NCBI GenBank assembly: GCA_965240325.2
Contig: OZ251223.1
Location: 682,001 to 746,000 of the forward strand
DNA from: Rebecca billardiae RCC1528
Lineage: Eukaryota > Protista > Haptophyta
DNA: 64,000 nucleotides
Direction of reading: 5' to 3'
The position numbers and the translations under genes are program-made. Below the pieces are notes generated by a model. The model did not search any database. It saw only the letters and a program-made list of their open reading frames with translations, and had not been told where the DNA came from. Numbering within the stretch: position 1 is the first letter of the stretch; every line of letters begins with the position of its first letter. Below, in pieces: positions 1-11,600 of this stretch.

Positions 1-238
1 TCTTCAATCTTGATTCCTTTGATCACGTCATTCTCAATTTAGCGATTCAACTGTGAAAACGACGACGACGGACCGCCGTCAGTTAGACACCCAAAAATCA
101 TTTGTTGTGCGTGGATTTTCATTATTCCTTTTCGGAGTCCGGCCCGGCTTCGGTAGCCGCCGCCGTCGCCCTGCTCGAGCTCGTCAGCTCGCACGACGCT
201 GGCGCGGTGCCGGCCCCACACGAGCACGGCGCGAGCTC

Positions 239-1240
239 ATGACGGTGCGCACGCCGAACGGCAAGGCCGTGTCATCGCTCAAGGTGGCAGAACTGCGCGC
301 CGAGCTCAAGAGCTTAGGGCTTCCCACAGATGGGCTCAAAGCCGTGCTCGCCGGTCGCCTGGAAGAGGCGCTCACCAGCAGCGCACAAGAGCTGGCTGCG
401 GCGGCCCCCGAGCCCACTTCAGCTCCCGTGCCGGCGGCCGTGGACGCAAGTCGTGGTGCTGTCACCACCACGCCCGACAAAAAGCCGGCTGCCGAGGAGA
501 AGGGGCGGCGCAGCTCCCGCGGCTCGGCGCGCAAGTCCGCGCCTGATGCTGACAAGGGCACGGCCACGCTGCAACCGGCAGCTGCACCTGCAGCGGCAGA
601 CTCGGCGCCACCGAGTCACGCCGCGTCGGCAGTACCCGCTGAGGCCGCACCAGCAGCACCAACGCCAGCCAAGGCCCCGCCCTCGCAGCCCGCGGCTGAG
701 CGCCCCGCGACCGAATCGGCCGTGGCCGCGCAGCCGCACCGGGCGCAGGAGCCAGCAGATGGGACTGCCGTCCCAAGCATGAGCTCGGAACCAGCTGCCG
801 TGCCCTCGCAGGCTGCCCCTGCCGCTGCGATGACCAAGAAAGTGCCTGCTCCGGCTTCCGAGCCCACGGCGGCGCAGCCGCAGCCCGGCACGACGGGCAG
901 CAAGCGCCCAGCACCTGCGGCGGCAGGAGCTCCGGATGCAGCCATGCCGGCGGCGGCGTCAGACTGGGTGACGCAGTGGGACCCGAAACATGGGTGCGTC
1001 TACTACTTCAACACGCGCACCAAGGAGAGCACGTGGGCGGCCCCGCCGACGCTCGCCCCACCCGGCGCTGGCGCAGGACACGTGAGCCAGCCTCCGCAGC
1101 TCCCGGCCCCGCCTCCGCAGCCGGCACCGAAACGAGCACGCGCGGATGCTGCGCATGGGAAGCCGGCGTCGGAGGAGTATCGCGAGAGCTTCCGCGAGTA
1201 CATGGCGAGATACCAGGCATCGCTCGCAGAACGCAGCTAG
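239..1240 (+). CDS. SAP-domain / WW-domain protein with Ala/Pro-rich linker
   Basis: ATG at 239. N-terminal SSLKVAELRAELKSLGLPTDGLKAVLAGRLEEAL is a SAP domain; DWVTQWDPKHGCVYYFNTRTKESTWAAP is a WW domain. Confidence 0.85.
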   Translation: MTVRTPNGKAVSSLKVAELRAELKSLGLPTDGLKAVLAGRLEEALTSSAQELAAAAPEPTSAPVPAAVDASRGAVTTTPDKKPAAEEKGRRSSRGSARKSAPDADKGTATLQPAAAPAAADSAPPSHAASAVPAEAAPAAPTPAKAPPSQPAAERPATESAVAAQPHRAQEPADGTAVPSMSSEPAAVPSQAAPAAAMTKKVPAPASEPTAAQPQPGTTGSKRPAPAAAGAPDAAMPAAASDWVTQWDPKHGCVYYFNTRTKESTWAAPPTLAPPGAGAGHVSQPPQLPAPPPQPAPKRARADAAHGKPASEEYRESFREYMARYQASLAERS

Positions 1241-1808
1241 GAACTGGCTGGCGCTCGCGTCTCCCTGTCTGCAGCTCCCCCGTGATCTCCGGTGCAGCGG
1301 GGCTGCGACCGCCACATCACACCTGGGAACGCGCGCATTTCAAAACGCACTCGTCCCACGTCCTCCCTCCTTTTCGCGCGTGCTCCTCGTGTCCATAGCC
1401 GCCCAACCTGGGACCGGTGGGCAGATTGGCGCCCACGACTCGCACGTGACTCTGGCAGCCGCGACCGTGCGCAGCGGCCACCGGACACCATGCGTCCGAA
1501 GGCTCTGACTGCCTGACTCTTCTGCGCCGTGGCCTGCGGGATCGCGGAGAGCCGGAGAGCCCGGAGACGTCAGTCAGACGCGGCGCAGGTAGTCGGTCAA
1601 TGCCGTCAATGTGATCGATCACCGTCACTGAGCTCAGGCACGCATCAGACATCAATCAGTCTGTTCTCAGACATCACGTGACTCACGTAGACGTAGTTCA
1701 GATTAAATAAGTTCACGTAGTAGTAATAAGCTACCGCGATCAAATATATATATATATATCAATATTATGATGATGATGATCATCCGGCCTCAATTATTAT
1801 TATTAATA

Positions 1809-3026
1809 TTAACCGTCGGCGTCGGAATCGGGCGAATCGGCGTCGTCGTCACCGCGATGCCGACGTGTGCGGCGGTGGCGCTCATGATGGTGATGATGTC
1901 TCCTGCGGCTGTCATCGTCGGCCGCCTCAGCGCTCGTCGCATCATCATCGCTGTCCATGTCGAATCGGCCGGTAGCATTGCCGAGCTGCGAAAGAGGCGG
2001 TGACGGTGGTGGTGGTGTCTCAAGAATGCCGTCGAAGGAGCCCGTCTTGTTGCCTCCTTCGACGTTTGGTGGTCGGTCTTCCGCGCCATCTGGCGAAGAC
2101 GTGCGCGCGTGCCGTGTGCCCAGCATGACGACGACGAGGATGCCACCCAGGATGATGCACAGCACGGTGCAAGCCACAACCACGAGGCCGATGCGTCTCG
2201 ACCGTTTCACGGTCGAGCCCCTGCGGCTGCGCTGCTTGAGACCGCTGGTGCCCTGTCGCCTCAGCTTGCGCTTCGTGTCACCACCCGGCCCTTCACTCCG
2301 TGGCGAAGGCGCGGAGAGCTCGACCCCTCGACTCGCGGGTGCCGTCTTTTGCAGCTGGGCCTCCTCATCCTCACCACCCTCGTGTTCAGGCCCCCCATCG
2401 GCACCCGGCGCCGTCCATGTTGGCGCCGGCAACGCCGCAGACGCCACCGAGCTCGAGGAGGCTGGTGTGTGCATCATCTGAGCCGGCACCCCAGTGGCCT
2501 CCGGGGACGCCGCGCCCAGGTCGTCGATGGCTGGCAGGGGAGGGCGCGCACTGGACGTCACGGAAGCGTCTGGCTCGGCCCATGCCGACACCCGCAAGGC
2601 CTCCGACGCTTTGGGATGCTCGGACGTCGGCGTGTGCATTGGCCTCGGGGTCTCAGGTGCATTCCGGAGCTCGGGGCTGGGCCGGGCGTGCATGGCGGAC
2701 CGGCTAGTGACAATGGGTGCGGGGCTCAATCCTTGCAGCGCGTCCAGCCGCTGCGCGAGCTCCAGTGCTTCGCACTGCTCGTCCATGCGGATCGCCCGTC
2801 GCTCGAGCTCGGGGAGGTCACCCTCTTTCTCCCGCAGCTCGTCGAGCAGCGCATGTGCGCGAGCGCGCAGCGTGTGCACTTGTCTCGAGACTGACGCCTT
2901 GGAGGCACCATCTGGCGTGGACGTCACCTTCAGCATGTCGGCGCGCGCGATGAGCGCCAGAATGTGCTCTTCGATGAGGCCGAGTGAGCGCCTGCGATAA
3001 TCGGTGGGGACGAGGCGAGCAGCCAT
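1809..3026 (-). CDS. Hypothetical protein: N-terminal coiled coil, low-complexity middle, one TM helix near the C-terminus
   Basis: Long ORF with likely ATG at 3026 (MAARLVPT). TM segment IGLVVVACTVLCIILGGILVVVML is preceded by a basic patch. Confidence 0.6.
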   Translation of the reverse strand: MAARLVPTDYRRRSLGLIEEHILALIARADMLKVTSTPDGASKASVSRQVHTLRARAHALLDELREKEGDLPELERRAIRMDEQCEALELAQRLDALQGLSPAPIVTSRSAMHARPSPELRNAPETPRPMHTPTSEHPKASEALRVSAWAEPDASVTSSARPPLPAIDDLGAASPEATGVPAQMMHTPASSSSVASAALPAPTWTAPGADGGPEHEGGEDEEAQLQKTAPASRGVELSAPSPRSEGPGGDTKRKLRRQGTSGLKQRSRRGSTVKRSRRIGLVVVACTVLCIILGGILVVVMLGTRHARTSSPDGAEDRPPNVEGGNKTGSFDGILETPPPPSPPLSQLGNATGRFDMDSDDDATSAEAADDDSRRRHHHHHERHRRTRRHRGDDDADSPDSDADG

Positions 3027-3715
3027 GTTCAAAAGTGGGACGGGACGGTGGGAATCCGCATACCGGGCCGCCGCCCCGGCCGGTAAAACCAAACAAAAAA
3101 GATGAGGAGCCCCGCACTCGATCAACGGTCACCGTCGTCGTCGGCAGGACCACCATGTCCCTTGGTGAGCAGGACCATGCAAAGCCATGGACTGGGACTG
3201 TTAGGTCGCACCGGCGGCGATGGCAGTATGGCACGGTGTGAGCCTTGATAGAATACTGCTGCTGAATGCCGCTGACGGCCCGTCACTGCCGATCACCGGT
3301 CAGGCGGCGAGGCAGGAAGGCAGGCGGAGCCGTTCTGGCACGTAGACGGCCCCGGGCATCGCCGCCCGCCGTCATCGGGGGCCACGCGCCGACACGCCGC
3401 GCCGTGCGCGATCTGCGGTGCGACAGGCGACGGCTGATCGGTCGACCGGGCCACCGCGAGCTGTGTGAGAGTGCAAAAGGTATGGTCGCCAGCCGGACCT
3501 CCCATGCGTGAGAGCTGGCTGGGACAAGTGTCGCATATCCACAATGCCAACTGCGCTGCGACCATCGCCACGGTGTCCGATCGTGATTGCTGTGGGCAGA
3601 ATGGCCTCGCGATCGAGCCAACGCGCAGCCGAGCGCGGCGGTCTGCCGCCGCGTGTGCCATCAGCACAGCGCGCGCGTGCGCGCTGCCGAGTGGTGGCCA
3701 TCAGAGAGACCGCGC

Positions 3716-5594
3716 CTAACTCAAGTTCTTGGCGATGAGGTCGTACCGCGGCACGGCGGTGATGTCGCCGTGCACGACAATCGTCGGCGGCGACTTGAGC
3801 ATGCGCTTGGCGACGTCCGAGAGCTTCTCCGGCGTGACGGCCTGGATCTGCTTGCACAGCTCGTCCGGATCGATGCGCTTGCCGTACGTGGCGACCTGCC
3901 GGCCGATGTCCTCGAAGAGGATCGACGAGCTCTCCAGGTTCATGTGCAGCGACGTCATGAGCTGGTTCTTGGCGCGCTTCACCTCGTCCGCAGCAAATGG
4001 CTTGCTGCCCATCGCCGCCAGCTCCTCGACGAGCACCGACGTGAGCGAGCCGATGTTGGCCGACGGCGCGGTGCCGTGCAAGAGGAAGAGGCCAGAGTCC
4101 GAGTGCACCGAGTTGGCCGTCGACGCGTTCATCGCGTACGGGTACTTGTTCAGCACGTTGAGGTAGAGGCGCGAGAACATGCCCTTGCCTGCGCACGCAC
4201 ATCGCGCAGCGGCGCGCACGGAGCACGCATGAGCCATCGGTGTGGGCAGGGCCGGGCCGCCGCCGCGCGCTGCCGCCGCACGGATCGCGGGCGCCCGCGC
4301 GAGGCGCGCAGGCTGCGGTCGCGGCGGCGCGCGCGTACCCGGACCACCCGCGGAGAAGGAAGCCCCGCCGCCCATGAGCATGTTGAGCACGCACACCGGG
4401 ACGAAGTCCGGGTCGTTCCACCCGACGCCCTCCAGGCCGACGCTGCGCGCACGGGTGGCGTGGAGCCAGGGCGCGCGCGCAGGTTGGGGTGCGGGCCCGA
4501 GGGTGACGGGGCGTGCGCGGCGCGCGGCGGAGCGGCGGGGCATGGCGACGCGAGAAATACGCACCCGACGTGCGTCAAGCCCGTCTCGGCGACCGCGCGG
4601 TACTCGCCCCCGCTGTACGTCGACTTGGGGGCCGGCGCTGGCGCCGAGCCCTTGGGCACCGAGCCAAAGGCTGCCTCGGCCGCTTTCACGAGCTCGGCGT
4701 GTTCGACGCCGGCGGCGGCGAGCACCATGTTGGCCGGCGTGTAGTGCGCCTCCATGAAGCCGCCCAGCACGTCCGGCGTGAGCTGCCCCAGCCCCTTGGC
4801 CGAGCACATGAGCGGCATGCCCAGCCCGCCGCCCGAGTAGCCCGCCGTGTGCGCCTTCTCCGTGAGCAGCAGCTGCGGGTTCTCGACGAGGTCGGCGATG
4901 TCGTTCGCGTAGAAGGCCTTCTTCTCGGCGAGCTCCCACTCCACGAAGTTCCCCTCGAGCGTGGTCTCGGCGAGCATCTCCACGAGGTCCTTGGCGTTCG
5001 GCTTGAGCGCCATGGCGGAGTAGATCATCTGCTCGCGGCCCGCAGTCGCGTGCACCTGCGCACCGATCGCCTCAATGTCGCGCACCATCTTGAAGTGGGA
5101 CCTGCTGCCCGTGCTCTGCGCGGCGCGGCGGCGCGGGGGTGCGACGGGGTCCCACCAAGGCACAGATGCTCAGCTGGCCGTCGGGGGGCGCGGATCCGGC
5201 CAAGAGCACGCGTGCAAGCGCTTCGGAGCGTCGCGCGAATCGGCCCGTGCGCCGCGCCGCGTACCGTGAACGCCATGAGCTGCAGCATGTACGACGCGCC
5301 CGAGTTGGCCGGCGTCTCGAAGCGGGAGCCGGTGTTGACCACCACGCCCACCGTCGCGACCGCCGAGGTGTCTGCCTGGCTCACCACCTTGAGGCCATTG
5401 GGCAGCGTCGTCACCTGCGTCTTTGGCGTGGGGATCAGGCCCTGCGGCGCCGGAGTCGAGTTGTCCTCGAACAGAGGCACGTTGAGTGGCGTGCCCGGCA
5501 CCTGTGCCAGCTCCGGAGCCCCCCAGGCCCACCGCCGCGCCGCTGGCGCCGCTGCTGCGCGCAGCGCGTGCGCTCGGCCAAGCTGCAGAGCCAT
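3716..5594 (-). CDS. PMPCA: Mitochondrial processing peptidase alpha subunit (M16 family), 4 exons
   Basis: Presequence MALQLGRAHALRAAA; TQVTTLPNGLKVVS; GSRFE; glycine-rich loop GGGASFSAGGPG|KGMFSRLY; EDIGRQ. Three GT-AG introns (about 5115-5263, 4443-4564, about 4188-4338) join the frames. Confidence 0.93.
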
Positions 5595-5762
5595 CGATCC
5601 CCGAGGTGCCACACTTCGCAGTCGGGCGCCGAGACACCAATGACGCATCCGGACTCATCAGGGCTTCCGGATCATCCCGAAAGCATCGGACTTTCATACT
5701 TCACGGCCAGCCACGGCCGGCGATGGCGGCCTCGTGCTGACGTGGACAGTGGTGGCTGGGAA

Positions 5763-6683
5763 ATGAATCCTCGAGCACGGCTCGTGCTCGTGCTCGCGTG
5801 GCTGTACGCCCCTGCGTGCTCCCCGTCGGCCCGGGGCGTGCTTTCCATCGCTCACCCGTCGGCCGGGGAGACTCTCCACTACGCGGCAGGCTCAAGGTCG
5901 CTCAACGTGTCCCTCCAGTACGAGTATGAGCTCGTCGCGTTGCCGACCGCGCCTCTGCGTGTGTGCATCGAGCTGCAGCGCGCGCAGGCCGCGCACGACT
6001 TCGCGTGGTTTGCAGAGGGCTGCTTCGAGACGACCCAGCCTATCACGCTCCTGCTCCCGTCGTCGCCTGCCACGTTCCGCATCCACGCCGCCCTTGCTGA
6101 CGACAGCATCGATCCCCTGGCGCGCACGACGGTCGACTTCACTGTTGCGCCCGTCCCTCCGTTCGAGCCGGCGTACGGATGGCGACCAGTGCCGCCGGGT
6201 GCCGGCGTCCCTGCTGGCCTCGACGTGCGCATGCACCTGAGCGGCGAGGGATCCGAGGCGAAGATCCCCGAGCCCTTCAGGCTGCAGCTCAGCCTGGACG
6301 CGCCTGTCCAGGGCATCTTCCGACACGACGTGCACCGGCACACGACGGTCCATCAGCTGCTCGACGCGCTCGACGAGTTCGCCAAGAAGCGGCGGGAACG
6401 TCACCCGAGCGAGTCCGCGACGCCTTTCTGCTCTGAGCTGCTTCTTGCGAGTGGCGACGGAGCTCATCCGCATGGCGCCCACGCCAGCGCCGCGAGCGGC
6501 GGCTCTGATGTCGATGCGGCATGGATCCCGCTGCTCGAAGCCGCGACCGCGGAGGAGCTGGAGTTGTTCACGCTGCAAGAGAGGCTGCGCGTGCGCTGGC
6601 ATGCGTGCGCACCAAGCAGCGGGGGCACGTCCATTGCTGCCCACTCGCAGGCACACCCTCATCAAATGCCAGTCGAGCTGTGA
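5763..6683 (+). CDS. Signal-peptide protein containing a SIL1 N-terminal-like motif
   Basis: MNPRARLVLVLAWLYAPACSPSARG leader; FEPAYGWRPVPPGAGVPAGLDVRMHLSGEGSEAKIP resembles the SIL1 N-terminal motif. Confidence 0.7.
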   Translation: MNPRARLVLVLAWLYAPACSPSARGVLSIAHPSAGETLHYAAGSRSLNVSLQYEYELVALPTAPLRVCIELQRAQAAHDFAWFAEGCFETTQPITLLLPSSPATFRIHAALADDSIDPLARTTVDFTVAPVPPFEPAYGWRPVPPGAGVPAGLDVRMHLSGEGSEAKIPEPFRLQLSLDAPVQGIFRHDVHRHTTVHQLLDALDEFAKKRRERHPSESATPFCSELLLASGDGAHPHGAHASAASGGSDVDAAWIPLLEAATAEELELFTLQERLRVRWHACAPSSGGTSIAAHSQAHPHQMPVEL

Positions 6684-6706
6684 CGATTGACTTACTATAT
6701 ATATAT

Positions 6707-8452
6707 GTCTAGCCGTCCTCGTGAACGCCGACGCCAACTGCTGGCCGAAGGTGGGCACGCCGCCTGGCATGTCGATGCCGAGGCGGCTGCGTGTGTTCCT
6801 ACTCAGTGGGATTTACGTGTCCTCATGCCTTGGCGAGCGGCAGCAGATGCGGTGGGCATGCCGCTCGCCGTCGACGAGACGCGGTGCGTGAGTGATCCCG
6901 CGCGGACGTCCGCTGACGGAAGGCTGAGCGCCTGCGGACTCGTCGACTGAACCTCCACCTGACCGCCCGGGAGCAGCACTGCCGGGGACCTAACCTGAAA
7001 AACCCAATCGTGTTGGGAGGCAGGGGGTCACATGAGCCCTAAGTGCAGCGCCGCAAGACCGGGCGGTCGGACGGCGGGTGTTGTGATCCCGCCGCCCGAG
7101 CACCAGACCAACGGGCCCTGGGTGGGCGGGTTGCCGAAAGATGTTGGTCGGTGCACGCGACGCGCCACCCGCGTGCGAGCCGCCGCCGCCGGCGACGCAG
7201 GACGAGCTTGGCTGGAGCCATCTCGCACGCCGCGCCTGGCGAAGCAGGCGGCAGAGGCCGGCGCCGGAAACCGATCTCCTCGGCAGAAAGAACAACCCGG
7301 ACAGACTGTTTGTCCGGGAGCAGCGCCCTTTGAGGCGATGGTCTGGTAGAGGGCGATGTGGCTGATGAGCGGCGCTGGCGCCCGGCGTTCTTGTCGTCCT
7401 CTTAGACAATCAGTTATTGTACCAATAACCCCACGTCTAGCCGTCCTCGTGAACGCCGACGCCAACTGCTGGCCGAAGGTGGGCACGCCGCCTGGCATGT
7501 CGATGCCGAGGCGGCTGCGTGTGTTCCTACTCAGTGGGATTTACGTGTCCTCATGCCTTGGCGAGCGGCAGCAGATGCGGTGGGCATGCCGCTCGCCGTC
7601 GACGAGACGCGGTGCGTGAGTGATCCCGTTTCATGGTGTGTTGGGGAGCACCGCGTGGAGGAGCATCCCATTGAGCGATGGGAAGGAAAGGGGCAAGGCA
7701 CGTGTGAGTCGCGCACGCACGAGGGCCGGCCAGCGGGGGCTGGGCAGGTGGGGCAGTGCGAGTGAGACGGAACCCGAATAGGAGAGACAGCAGGCAGCCG
7801 GCCCCGCGGGCGCGGCGCTGCGGAAGCAGGAGAAGGCTAGACGGCCTTTGCGGATGCTGTGAACGGCCCGCGGGTGCGCACGGGGCCCGGCGCGCGGTGT
7901 GCCGCCAGCGGTCCTTGTGTAGGAGCCGGCTGGCGTTGGCACCGGGGCGATCCCGAGGCAGGGCGGGAGAGATGGAGCAGCGATCCGCGTGGGGGCGCAC
8001 CCACGGAGGAGGAGGCATGTGGCGAAGAGGGAACGGTGCGATCGGGGCGGGTGCGGAAGAGCCACAGGGTGCGCACGCACACAGAGAGAGAAGAGGCGGT
8101 GGCCCGAAGCGCGAGGGGGCGCGATGCGGAGCGTTGCTTACCGCCGAGTTGCCGAAAGATGTTGGTCGGTGCACGCGACGCGCCACCCGCGTGCGAGCCG
8201 CCGCCGCCGGCGACGCAGGACGAGCTTGGCTGGAGCCATCTCGCACGCCGCGCCTGGCGAAGCAGGCGGCAGAGGCCGGCGCCGGAAACCGATCTCCTCG
8301 GCAGAAAGAACAACCCGGACAGACTGTTTGTCCGGGAGCAGCGCCCTTTGAGGCGATGGTCTGGTAGAGGGCGATGTGGCTGATGAGCGGCGCTGGCGCC
8401 CGGCGTTCTTGTCGTCCTCTTAGACAATCAGTTATTGTACCAATAACCCCAC
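6707..8452. mobile_element. Direct-repeat array A-X-B-A-Y-B (putative non-autonomous split-direct-repeat element, or head-to-tail dimer)
   Basis: A (about 194 bp) at about 6707-6900 and 7435-7628; B (about 305 bp) at about 7130-7434 and 8148-8452. Copies look identical by eye, B1 abuts A2 directly, and the left end follows a (TA)n run. Confidence 0.6.
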
Positions 8453-8664
8453 ATACAGTCGTTGCATTCGTGACCGCGTTACGACGATCCTATACGACGA
8501 CGTCGTAGCTTACGCAATGCCGCCGTACCTCTAAGCTACACGACACAATAGTGATCGATCGTCATCAGGCGCGAATAATGGTGAATTCATGACGACAGTC
8601 GCGGCATCATCACATCTGCTGTCATCGGGCGCCTCCTGGCCAGCCTGCTGCTGCTCCGAGTCCG

Positions 8665-11600
8665 TCAATCACCCGCGCCATCCGCTGCGCCCGCTGAGAC
8701 GGCGTCGCCGGTGCCACGGTACACACCTGGGTGGTGGTGCGAGGCGCTCGGCGTGGGCGGTGTGACGGTGGCCTCGACGCCAGCGAGGGACGGGCGGCGC
8801 GCGTCGGCGTCCGACGAGTCTGCCGGTGACGCGACCACCTCCACGTCGCTCGAGCCGCCTGGCATCCTGCCGCTCTCGCTGTCGTCCGCGCCAGCGGCGG
8901 CGGCCTCGGCGGCAGCCCCAGCGCTGCCGCCGTCGCGTCGGCCACTGTGGATGGCGCTGTCGTCGTCGCCGCCGAGGTTGATACGCTCGATGGACCCGCT
9001 GCTCGCCGCTGGGTGCACTCGCTGGTGCATCGGCTCGACGTCATGACTGCCGCGCCTCACGCCCACCGCGCGGTGCGTCCAGCGGCGAAGCGCGGCCGGC
9101 ACCCGCTGGAGCCAGCCGAGGAGTGCGCCCGTGCCGCGCGCCGGTGGCGGGCGGCCCGCGCCAGGAGCGCCGCTGGCACGGGCGTCCGCCCCCACGACGT
9201 CGGGCGCGCTGGGCTCGGCGGTGCCCCACGCGGGCCTGCCGCCGGGCGGGGGCGCTGGCCGAGCGCCACCGCCGCCGCTGCCGCCGCCGCCGTGCGCGGC
9301 GCGGCCGCCCGGCCTCGCGCGCCCGCGCTCGCTCGGCACTCCAGGCTCGGACGCTGTGTCGTCGTCTGCCACGAGCCGAGCGCCGAGCTCCAGCGCGTAC
9401 TCGGAAGCCGTCTTGGGCACGGTCGGCTCGGCGGGCGCGCGGTGCGCGTGCTCCTGCCTGCCGCTCGAGCACGCGCTCGAGTGCGAGCTCAGCCCGCCCG
9501 CGCTCGGCACGTGCGGCGGCGGCAGGTACGTACTCAGCAGATACTCCTCTGTGAGCGCGGCGGGCGCGGCGCCCGCGGCGACGTCGGCGGCAATCTGCCG
9601 CAGCGCGCGCTCGAGCGCGCCCGCCTCCCCGCGCTCGGCCGCCCTCCGCGCCGCGCCGTCGCTACCCATGCTCTTGGCGGACGAGGTGACCGCCAGCTTG
9701 GTGAACTCGTCCGTCTCGCGCCTGCGCAGGAAGAGCTGCTCCTCCCACTTGGAGGTGCGGTCGTGCGCAAGCTCAAAGGTGTGCGCGGACGCGTCGGCGC
9801 CGCCGGGCTCGGAGCGCAGCCGCTTCCACCACGGCAGGAAGTCGTCGAAGGAGATGGCGCCGTCGCCGTCGACGTCGAGCTGCTCGAACGCCTCGCGCAG
9901 CCGGCGGCGCGACACCTCGACGCCCAGCTTCGTCAGCACCGCCGCGAGCTCGAATCTCGAGATCGCGCCAGATCCGTCCGAGTCGAAGGTGTTGAACACG
10001 CGCCGCACCTCCCAGTCTGAGAACCACGATGCGTATTCCTCGAAGCCGATCGAGCCGGAGGCGTCGGCGTCGAGCTCGTGCAGCGCGAGCGCGAGCTCCT
10101 CCTCCGTGAGCGTCGAGCCCACCGCCGCCATCAGCGCGCCCAGCTCCTTCGCCTCGATGGTGCCCGAGCCATCCGCGTCGAACCTTCGAAACACTTTGCC
10201 CAGACCGTGACGCTGCCACCACGGCAGGAACTCGGCGAATGAGATCAGCCCGTCGCTGTCCGTGTCGAGCTGCGCGAGGAGCGCCTCGAGCTCGTGCGGC
10301 GCGAGCCGCTCGCCCAGGTCGGCGAGCAGCGAGCCGAGCTCCGCGGCGGACACCGTCTCCGAGCCGTCCTTGTCGTACCGCTCGAACAAGCGGCGCACGC
10401 CGTCCGAGAGCTGCACGACGAAGGACTCGGCGCCGACGCCGGACGCTCGGTGCAGCGCCTCGCGCTCAAAGAGCGGCGAGAGGAGCGAGCGCCGGCCCGC
10501 GCCGCCGCCCGCGCCCGCGCTCTGCCGCTCCGCCTCGACCGAGTAGATCTCGAGCACGAGCGCGGCGAGCAGCGAGAGCACGATCGCGTTGGTGAGCAGC
10601 ACGAACGTGACGAGGTACACCCACGTCAGGAAGCGATCGGCCGGTCCGCCGCCGTCGAGCGCGTCGGTGAGCTCGGGCCAGTTGGCCGCGAGGACGAGCT
10701 GGAGCAGGGTGACGCCGCCGAGCAGCGCGTTGTCGAAGCCCGGGCACCACGCGCCGCACACGGCGCGCGCGCCCTCGTCGTGCTGCGCCCGTCCGTGGAA
10801 CGCCTCGAGCCCGACCGCCAGATATGCCGAGAAGAGGATCAGAATGGTCGCCAGCACGGTCATGATCACGGGGCGCATCTGCAGGAAGGTGCGCGTGAGC
10901 ACGCGCAGCTTGTGCGAGTGCGAGAAGAGCGAGAACGCGCGGATCGAGCGCAGCACGCGCAGCGTGCGCAGCGCGCGCGCCGAGCCGGGCGCGAGCTGCC
11001 CGCCCTCCGCCACCGCGGCGAGCGCCTGCGAGACCACGAGCGTGACGATGGACGCGAGGACGATGGCGCAGTCCATCCGGTTCCACAGGTCGGAGAAGAA
11101 GCCGTGCACGGAGTGCGCGCCCATCTTGAGGCCCATCTCCACGGAGAACCACGCGACGAACGCCACGTCGATCGCGTCGTACGTGCCGGGCGCCGCCCAC
11201 GCGCGCGCCTCGCGGTGCGCCTGGAGCGCGAGCACGCACACATACAGGAGGATGGAGCCGAGCGTGACGCGCTCAAAGGCAGACGTCTCGACGAGCCGGC
11301 GCAGCGCGGGCGCGTGCGCGCGCAGCCACGGGAAGCGCTTGAGGAGCGCGTGCGGCGAGCCGGGCCGCACGCGCAGCAGCAGCACGTCGCTCAGCTTGAT
11401 GAACTCCTGCGCGGTCAGCACGTTGTCGCCGTCCGAGTCGAGCAGCTTGTAGAGCACGGAGCGCTCGAGCGTACTGCGCTGCGGCTGCACCGACTCGGCG
11501 AGCTTGCCAAACTCGGCGTACGAGATGGCGCCCGAGTCGTCCTCGTCGACCAGCGCGAAGGACAGGAGCAGGCACCGCCGCTCGACCATCTTCTCCTCGA

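Noticed and set aside
7412-7440. Hairpin plus CTAG as a Helitron 3' end
   Set aside because: The CTAG belongs to the start of repeat A and is absent after the second B copy, and there is no A|T insertion site; not supported on its own.
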